A DNA stretch of 64,000 bases. It comes from Octopus vulgaris (lineage: Eukaryota). Within the stretch, counting starts at the first letter, position 1; the number at the start of each line of letters is the position of its first letter. Positions 55,375-64,000 of this stretch are shown here, piece by piece. The notes below the pieces were generated by a model, which was not told the DNA's origin, searched no databases, and saw only the letters and a program-made list of their open reading frames with translations. Location of the stretch: NCBI GenBank assembly GCA_951406725.2, contig OX597816.1, positions 36,828,001-36,892,000 on the forward strand. The letters are read 5' to 3'. The position numbers and the translations under genes were made by a program.

Positions 55375-56459
55375 CAAAAGAGGGAGAGAATTTTATATTA
55401 AAACTGGCTGAGAGTTTGTCTGGCGCCTCAAGTTTCTCACCGCGATCTGCAAGCGGAACGTGGAATACGGATATTTTTCGCGGTGTATTTACTTCTGTTC
55501 TTCCATGGTTAGTTTGCTTCTCTGTTCGTTGGGGGTGGTCAACCTTGTGGCTTGACATGTATGCCTACGTGTCTATATATATATATGTATATGTGTATAC
55601 ATATACTTAAGTATAACACAACAAAAATCAAACCTTATAACACGTACAGAATACAGAATACTGGTCAACAAATCACTAAAACCCATGATCAGAACAATAC
55701 AGAGAATATACATGATAAGAAAGATTATGAAGACTTTAGAATAGATAATTCTCAGGATAGGAATTATGAACGGTAAAATCTTATACACAAACATTTGAAC
55801 TAATTCAAGTCAGCCAATCTTATTCAGTCCAACGAAATCAACAATAATAATATAGTAAAAATGTAAACTGGCCTAACGAACAGTTAATGGAGACAGATAC
55901 AAGCATGAATACCACAATGGGATATAACAAATAAACCCCAAATCAAAGAATGACTGCCACAAAAGGACATTGCTAAATTACAGGAAATCCGTCTTTGTTG
56001 AGAGCGGAATTGCTGAATTGCTTCTTTGAATAAAGAAAATGGATCGACTTCAAATCCAATCAATTTTATTCAAGAATTATTTCAAAGTTGAGTAGAATTC
56101 AACACAGCATATCTAACACCAAAAGAAATAGAATAATTCTGAGATGTATATGTTCGAGATTGCTCAAAATAGCTAATACAGCATCGAGCAATCTTGGAAG
56201 TCTGTGTCAACGAAAGAAATAAACCAATCACTACATAAATCAAACAATTTCAAAGCTCTGAGTAATAATAAAATCCCAAACTTTAGGTTGTCTTTAAAAT
56301 ATGCACAGAGAAAAAGCTAGTAGTAACGGTTAGGAAGAGATTATTTTAGATTGAAATAGCATTGAAAGGAAAATCATACTAATACCCAAAACTTAAGAAA
56401 TGCTAACCCTAAATGGTACAAAGCTGTAATATGTCTTCCTACACCATACACAGCATCAG

Positions 56460-56529
<70 letters not shown>

Positions 56530-56537
<8 letters not shown>

Positions 56538-56867
56538 GAAAAATACAAACTGGGACAAGAACATAAAAACATTTAGAAGACGATACAAAAAACACGGACA
56601 GGACATTCGAAGCCTTCAATCTTCAGTCAAGAACCGGATCATCCTAGCAATTTCGGCTGATCAATCTTAAGATCGCTCCGATCCGGCCAGCTCCAAGAAA
56701 AAACTAAGCTGCGAGCATTATATTTCTTGGAAAAAGGATCGAATGTATACGAAACAGGGACAGAAAAACGGGCGATGCCACACGAATATAAAATACAAAA
56801 AACAATAATGGTAAAAACAGGACAAAAACAGCGGGTGTCTTACGACTAATAGACAGTACAACTAAGG

Positions 56868-56870
<3 letters not shown>
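56530..56870 (-). mobile_element. Short (TA)n-flanked repeat, probable PLE-type tail
   Basis: Discrete block between two (TA)n tracts; minus strand contains a degenerate CUGAAGA..GAAUGUC motif. Confidence 0.5.
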
Positions 56871-56937
<67 letters not shown>

Positions 56938-56972
56938 AAAGAGGGAGTGGTGTTTCCACGCAGGAAAAAATA

Positions 56973-57249
56973 TAGGAAAATGTGTTGTTGAAAATGCACT
57001 TAAAGTGTAAAATTAGAAAAACATTGTTATAAGTTTCAATATTGACAAATCAAAATGTTTCAATGTTGACGAACTAAAATTTTGATTTGTCAACATTGAA
57101 ACTTATAACGATGTTTTTCTAATTTTACAATTTTAACATTGATAAACAAAAATATTGTTGAAACTAGTTTGGTATATATGTAAATAAATGTATTTTAAAC
57201 GTTTACGAGCTTTTGAAATATAAGTGCATTTTCAACAACATATTTTCCT

Positions 57250-57250
<1 letters not shown>
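56973..57250. repeat. Nested inverted repeats between (TA)n tracts
   Basis: 56973-57002 pairs with 57221-57250; 57006-57057 pairs with 57079-57129. Confidence 0.88.
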
Positions 57251-57311
<61 letters not shown>

Positions 57312-57671
57312 CTAATATTTTTTATAAACAAACCCGAAAGGCTTTGCGAGTTACGGAGAGGAAGCTACTATAGAAGGCTCATAGTATAATAACTATACAA
57401 TAACTATATATATAATATATACCCTAATATTTTAATCTCCGATTTTGACGAGACAATTTTTAAATATAAGCAAATTTGACTGAATTGATGGGTGAGCGTT
57501 TGGCCAATCACATTCGCAAGGAGCCATGCCAGCTACGATTTGTGGGTTCGATTCAGCCTGAGGTCAACTCATCACTTTTCGGTCATTTGTGTATATTAAA
57601 AAACTGTCGCTTCGAAATCGGAGATTAATATATAATTATGATATATATTATATACAGTCATTGTACCGTTA

Positions 57672-57787
<116 letters not shown>

Positions 57788-57949
57788 CGTGCGAGTGTAT
57801 GTGTAAATGTCAATACCGCATTGGTGGATAGAATTTCTTTATTTGGCTATCATTTGTTTCATGTTAAGTAAAAAATATCTTAATATCTTGACAATGTTTC
57901 AAACTGAACACATGGATGAAGGGCGTTTATCATCATGAAACGTTAATCC

Positions 57950-58139
57950 CCACACATTCTCATCTCTGTCCGTATTTTGGGGCTTCCCTCTTCGTATTTT
58001 CCCTCTCGATCCTTTCTGATGAGGAATGTAGCCTCGAAACATCAAAGACCTTTCCATTCTTCCCGCGTGTTAATCTAATACACCTGCTTGCTATTCCTTC
58101 GCCTGTTTTCGTCGTTTGTTCTCTATAAATTTGAACTAC
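57950..58139 (+). mobile_element. Family H relative with canonical core; HHR motif at 58012-58047
   Basis: CUUU-CUGAUGA-GGAAUGUAGCCUC-GAAAC-AUC^AAAG, then the family tail ...tcgtcgtttgttctctataaatttgaac and (TA)n. Confidence 0.65.
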
Positions 58140-58848
58140 ATATATATATATATATATATACATCGTGTGTGTGTATATCTATCTATCTTCATGTATAATT
58201 GTGCGTGTGTGTGTGTTGTAAAGTTCGTATTACACGAGACATCATGTTTCGCCTAAAGGCTTACGCACGTAAGCGTGTGTGTGTCTGTATATGTGTATGT
58301 GAGTTCTCTTTTTTTTAACGTTGATATTTTGTTAATACATAATTCAATCTCCTCGAATGTGAATTTTAAATATTATTTATAGTGACACATAAAATCACAT
58401 AGGTCTAACGATACAGAAAATTTCTCCTATATGAATTGTCGTTTTTCCTAAAATAAACGTTCAGTGAAAAACATAATTTTATAACAAATCATTCGATAAC
58501 TGACAATGTCGCCAAATATCTTGATAAAGACGTTTTCTACTTGAAATATCCGAACTGTATTTGATTTCATTACCTACCCTCTAAATATAGCCGCTAATTT
58601 TTTCTTGTTCGATGCTGACCTTTATAGTTGTATCTTGTAAGTGTTTGTTATAGACAAAGTGTATCTTACTACATGAAATATACTAATATCAAAAATGTAG
58701 TTGATTAAATTACGTTCCTTTGATTAGATCTGACCCATAATATTAACCAATTGTGAGTTGTGTCTCATCTGTTTTGGTGTATGATCTCCCTTCATTTTGA
58801 AAGGAATATGCATATACCTGGAAGACAAAGAATTAGTATTTAAAAGTT

Positions 58849-58913
58849 TTCTTCTTCTTCTTCTTCTTCTTCTTCTTCTTCTTCTTCTTCTTCTTCTTCT
58901 TCTTCTTCTTCTT
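58849..58913. repeat. (CTT)n microsatellite
   Basis: Direct reading. Confidence 0.97.
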
Positions 58914-59730
58914 TTCGTCCGTTACATTTTCCTTCTTTTCCTTCTTTTTCTTCTTCCACATTCTTTTGTTCCACCACCTCGACTCCGTGTATATTCATAA
59001 GTATGAAAGAGAGTTTTATGTGTGTGGCGGGATTGAGTATGTTCCTCATGCATTCAAAACCGAGTTGCCGTTTCGGGGAAACAAAAGTTTCAGTAGGTTT
59101 TTGGCTACCAACTAAACTATATTTTTATTCACGTATTTTCATCACAAACATTTCACATTATCATTTTTCTTTTAGTCACCCATCGTAAAGGACATTTTAT
59201 ATCACCACTAAAACGACGATGACGTTACGTTTTCTATGAGTGTGTTCGCGCGTTCTTTACCTATATTTGGTCGATGTCTGACAAGAATATGCGTGTGACG
59301 GTTTATGTGTCCGTCAGTATACATATATTTTTGCGATGACTGACACACACAGGGACACAGATAGGCTTGTGTGTGTCTTAGTTTATGTATGTAACTTTCT
59401 CTGCCCAACAGTGAAACGCACTGATATTGGTAGTTGAGACCTGGACTCAACAACGTTCACTCTCAAGTACTACCAACATGAAGATTTGGGTGATTTAACA
59501 CCACTCCCAATGCTCGCAAATATATCTGAAAAAATGTTATTCTGGTTATTATAACAAATTCCGAAACTATGCTACAGAAAGTATATTTTGCACTATATTT
59601 CGTTTCGCTTGAACTTCGTACGTGGACATTTTGCAGTTTTTAATATTATGAATCCTTTGTGTGTGTGTGTGTGTTTCTGCGTTCCTTGCATCTATAATAA
59701 ACTATAGTAAAGAACATTTTACCCTGTTCT

Positions 59731-60005
59731 GATGAAGTAGCCACCCTCATGGTTGGTGATCCCCATGAAAATTATGATATTCTCATTCGTGTTGGAGATA
59801 ACAACCTTAAACGTGTTTCACAGAATCATTGCTCTTATCATGCTCTCCAGTATACTCTTATTCTGTACAATGGACAAGATGGGTATCATTTGAATATTTC
59901 ACGAACTGAACCTGCAAGAGGATAGCCAATTACAAACAAAAAGGTGTCGTCAAATGAATTCCATTCTTATCAACTGATGTCAAGACCAGAACAATCAAAT
60001 TAATT
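59731..60005 (+). pseudogene. Helitron Rep/helicase N-terminal fragment (absent from ORF track)
   Basis: DEVATLMVGDPHENYDILIRVGDNNLKRVSQNHCSYHALQYTLILYNGQDGYH...KKVSSNEFHSYQLMSR matches the Helitron DEVA...SYDALQYPL..GEDGYH region. Confidence 0.85.
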
Positions 60006-60210
60006 ACACATGTCAAATATACGTTATTTTCATTTACATATTTTCCCACATAATCACTAAGTGATGGCGATTAATTCACTAATTTGCAGAACATATAGAT
60101 TTTCTTCAACTAATGAATTACAAGAGAGAGATATCTACAGAATAAACAAGCACAAATTAACAGCAGATATTCAAACAAACAAGCACAACAAGTCATTGAT
60201 AAAGATAGAT

Positions 60211-60378
60211 AGGAGAGTGGCTGTGTAGTAAGTAGCTTGCTAACCAACTACATGGTTCCGGGTTCAGTCCCACTGCGTGGCATCTTGGGCAAGTGTCTTC
60301 TGATATAGCCCTGGGCCGACCAATACCTTGTGAGTGGATTTGGTAGACGGAAACTGAAAGAAGCCTGTCGTATATATG

Positions 60379-60413
<35 letters not shown>

Positions 60414-60618
60414 CTGTGTTTGTCCCCCTCGCATTGCTTGACAACCGATGCTGGTGTGTTTACGTCCCTGTCACTTAGCAGTTCGGCAAAAAGAGACCGA
60501 TAGAATAAGTACTGGGCTTACAAAGAATAAGTCCCGGGGTCGATTTGCTCGACTAAAGGCGGTGCTCCAGCATGGCCGCAGTCAAATGACTGAAACAAGT
60601 AAAAGAGTAAAAGAGTAG
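60211..60618 (+). mobile_element. tRNA-derived SINE (family D)
   Basis: Closely similar to 13084-13538. Confidence 0.93.
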
Positions 60619-61109
60619 AGTATACAACGTAATGAGTGCATTAGGTTTTACCCTTACCAAAATTACACGCATTACAAACTAAGTGTACTATATGCCAGGT
60701 ATAGAGAGACAAACCCTAATCGAAGATTTCAGAAAACGAAAGACAAATCGAACCATAGTAAATCATAAATTGAAACAAGGAACGAAAACTGGGAGAAAAT
60801 ACAGAAATGCGATCCCAGAAGATCACTGCAACGATTCTTTGCCTGTCCTCCATCTGACAATCTTGAAAATCTTTAGCTGGATTAATCTCACATAAGAATC
60901 ACAAACACAAGGACTAATAATTATAGTAAGACCCCAGGCCGTCGTACGTCGGAAATGATGTTAGAGTCCGTCATATATATTAGCAATAGAGGCGGTATTA
61001 ATACTTGAGGTAATATGTATCCCCTTTTAAACGTGGATGCTCAATTAGAACAAACAATAATGTGGTTGTTACCATGAGAGAAACTCTCATATAGTTTTTT
61101 TTATATATA

Positions 61110-62160
61110 CAAAAAGCAATCATTTGATTTCGACATCGTTTGGTCTGGTCAATGATGGACACACAACTACTAGAGATGATGTTCTAATAGAACGTCCACG
61201 TTGAGGTGGGGATAAATATTACTTCTCACTAATAATATATATAAAATAAAAAAATACAAGAAAAAACCTACTGGTTGGCAACACAACTAAAGCATCAATT
61301 ACCTAGATGTATCGCTAGATCTAAATAAGAATATTTATAAACCTTATAGGAAACCCAACGATAGACCTGGTTATAGTAATGTGGGTTCCTGCCATACCCC
61401 CATAGTGTTTAAAAATTTAGTTAAAACCATTAGCAAAAGAATGTCTAGCCTCTCCTCCGATAGGGACATTTTTAATAGCGTTGCCCCAGTATATAATAGC
61501 GAGGAAATAACATGTACAATTGCCATCAGTCAAATAATATAGAAACGGAAACATAGGAATAGGAAAACTATCTTGTCCACACCCCCTGCTCACCCGAAGT
61601 GACCTTTAATACAGGCAAATATTCCTTAGCACTGATAGATAGACATTTTCCAGTCAACCATAGTTACAGAAAATCAGTTTCAGCTCAACTACTAATTTTA
61701 AAAATATAATCGCACACAACGCACAAAAACCAAAATATCAAACCAGCTGTTCATGCAGGGATAAACATTTGTGACCGCTAAATGGATCTTCCTTGTCTGA
61801 GACCATCATTTATGAAGCCACCGTACACTCTATATCCATTAAGTACAAGTTTCGACGAAGAAATACGTGAGCCTTACAGAGGATAATTTCAAGGCCAGGT
61901 TCAATAACCACACCTTGTGCTTCAGGCACTGGGATAAAAGGAAAACTACCAAATTTCCAGTCATATGTGGTCCTTAAGAGATAAAGGTGTCAGTTACAAC
62001 ATCCAATGGAAGACATTAGCCAAGTGTAAGCCCTACACCAACGGCGGTGGAAAATGCGGTCTTTGTGATATGTAAAGATGGCTCATCTGGAAAAGCAGCT
62101 TAGACCCCGCCACATGTCTAAATTCAAGAACTGAAGTCTTCGGATCATATCCACATGTGG
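61110..62160 (+). pseudogene. Decayed Naiad-type PLE: RT thumb, Cys knuckle and GIY-YIG endonuclease (absent from ORF track)
   Basis: SINYLDVSLDLNKNIYKPYRKPND, FLALIDRHFP, CSCRDKHL*PLNGSSLSETIIYEATV, YVSLTEDNFKARFNNH..CFRH, KCGLCD, CLNSRTEVFGSYPH. Confidence 0.9.
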
Positions 62161-63245
62161 TTATATATTTGTTACGGTTTTGGTCCCCCCGAGATTACAG
62201 ATAGGACTTGCTTTTTATATTGTGCCCACATACAAGCTTTCTATATCTCTATACTTTTTACGTATATTTCTTATATTTTTTTAATATATGTTTTTACATA
62301 TTTATATAGATATTATTTTATAGTTTTATTGCCCATTTATTTTTTTACACATAATTTTTCTCTATTCTACTTTCCACCCTGCATTTTTCCTGTGCGTATA
62401 TAGACGTGTATATAGATTTTTTTGTGCACGCGTGTATATATATATGCGTGTGTGCGGTTATGCGCATGTATAAACGTGTGTGTGTTCGTGCATGCGAGTA
62501 TGTGCGTATATAGACGTGTTTTACTCTTATTGCTTATTTTTTACACCTTTTTTACACATTTTTCTGTATTTTGCCTCTAGCCCTGTTTTTCTTGTTCATT
62601 TGCGTATATAGACGTGTGTCTGTGTCTGTGTGTGCATATATAGACGTGTGTGAGTATGTGCCTATATTAAACGTGTGTGTGCGTGCATGCGAGTGTGTGC
62701 GTATATAAACATGTTTTACTCATATTGCATATTTTTTTACACTTTTTATACATTTTTCTCTATTTTGCCTCTAGCCCTGATTTTTCTTGTGCATGTGCGT
62801 ATATAGACGTGTACGTGTACCTTTTTTGTACGCGTGGGTGTGTATGCGAGCGTGGGTGTGTATGCGAGCGTGGGTGTGTATGCGAGCGTGTATGTGGGTA
62901 TGGATATATTTTTTGGTGAATGCGTGGGTGAGCTTGTGTGTGTTTCCAGTGAGGGTGGATGAGTATATACATATAGGCGCACGCAGGTGGGTGTGTGGGC
63001 GCGCATGTGTAAGTATGGACGTGCGCTTTTATGCGATTACTTTGAACATTTTTACTCCCTTACCTTTACTCCCTCCCCTTAGTTAGCGGTCATTCTAATA
63101 GATGTTTTGTCTTAATAATGGTCAATCACACAGTAATTTCCCTTTGTTTCAACGGTCATTTTCATAGCATTTTTTTTTATGGCTGGATAACTGAAGAGAT
63201 GGCGGCGTGGGTTTCTACTCCGATATCCGAAACTCGGATGTCGGA
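62160..63245 (+). mobile_element. PLE 3' UTR ending in a degenerate hammerhead (63191-63242)
   Basis: T-rich and GTGTAT-rich tracts with short tandem repeats (gcgtgggtgtgtatgcga), then CUGAAGA-GAU...AUC-C-GAAAC-ucggau-GUC with no stem I, then (GATA)n. Confidence 0.6.
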
Positions 63246-63248
63246 GCG

Positions 63249-63456
<208 letters not shown>

Positions 63457-64000
63457 TTCCAAATTTAGGTTAGTTGAAACATGTGACAAACATATTTTCG
63501 ATGTAACGCCGGCATTATTATATTTGCTGCCGACAAAAAACTATGCTTGCACGGTGGATTTGAAAAATTGTAATATATAAGCACGTTGCATATGCTGGAT
63601 TGCCTCGTATTTATATGTTTACTCTTGGCGTACCTGTTGATGAAGACTCCGCCTAGCAACTTATTTTATTTGCTACTATAGAGTCAGAAACCATGGACCA
63701 GGAGATAGATGGTAAATGTTATTATTTTTCATTCCCTTCGTAATTTATCCCTAACAGTGGTTTGGATTTTGGCTATTCCTTCAAGCTTGCCAGGTATCCT
63801 ATGATGGTTACCTCTTATGTGTTTAAAAGTACTCTGTATTTATATAAATAATATATTGACTAATTTTTCTACACTCTAGACCACAAGTAGTAAAATCTTC
63901 AAAAATATGTTCTTAATCTGATATTATTAACATATATATATATATGTGTGTGTGTGTGTATCTGTGTGTATGTATTATGTATGTATGTATATATATATAT

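Noticed and set aside
55162-55558. N-terminal ~130 aa of the 852-aa ORF as a real protein start
   Set aside because: It is read-through of (TATC)n (IYLS repeats) and flank, which lack stops in that frame; the LINE is 5'-truncated at 55161.
55600-56450. A-rich stretch resembling a decayed retroelement ORF
   Set aside because: No diagnostic motif identified.

Overview
AT-rich, microsatellite-dense eukaryotic non-coding DNA with no recognisable host-gene exon. The repeat families (tRNA-derived SINEs, DD37D and DD34D Tc1/mariner relics, Helitrons) resemble those I recall from octopus genomes; the organism is an inference. Nearly all short ORFs in the track are microsatellite read-throughs. The real coding remnants are all transposon-derived: Penelope-like elements (PLEs) of at least three types, a young 5'-truncated Tx1/L1-clade LINE inside a (GATA)n tract, R4/Dong-like and RTE-like LINE relics, mariner and maT transposases, and a Helitron Rep fragment. 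The main hidden signal is RNA-level. At 15941-19306 a near-perfect 6.3 x 534-bp tandem array carries one canonical type I hammerhead ribozyme (HHR) per unit on the minus strand, i.e. a retrozyme-like element. At least five other short repeat families carry minimal HHR motifs, including G3:C8-swapped, U6 and C4 core variants. They usually sit with their 3' end against (TA)n and are often folded back into palindromes. All folds were read by eye; no ribozyme activity or novelty could be tested here.
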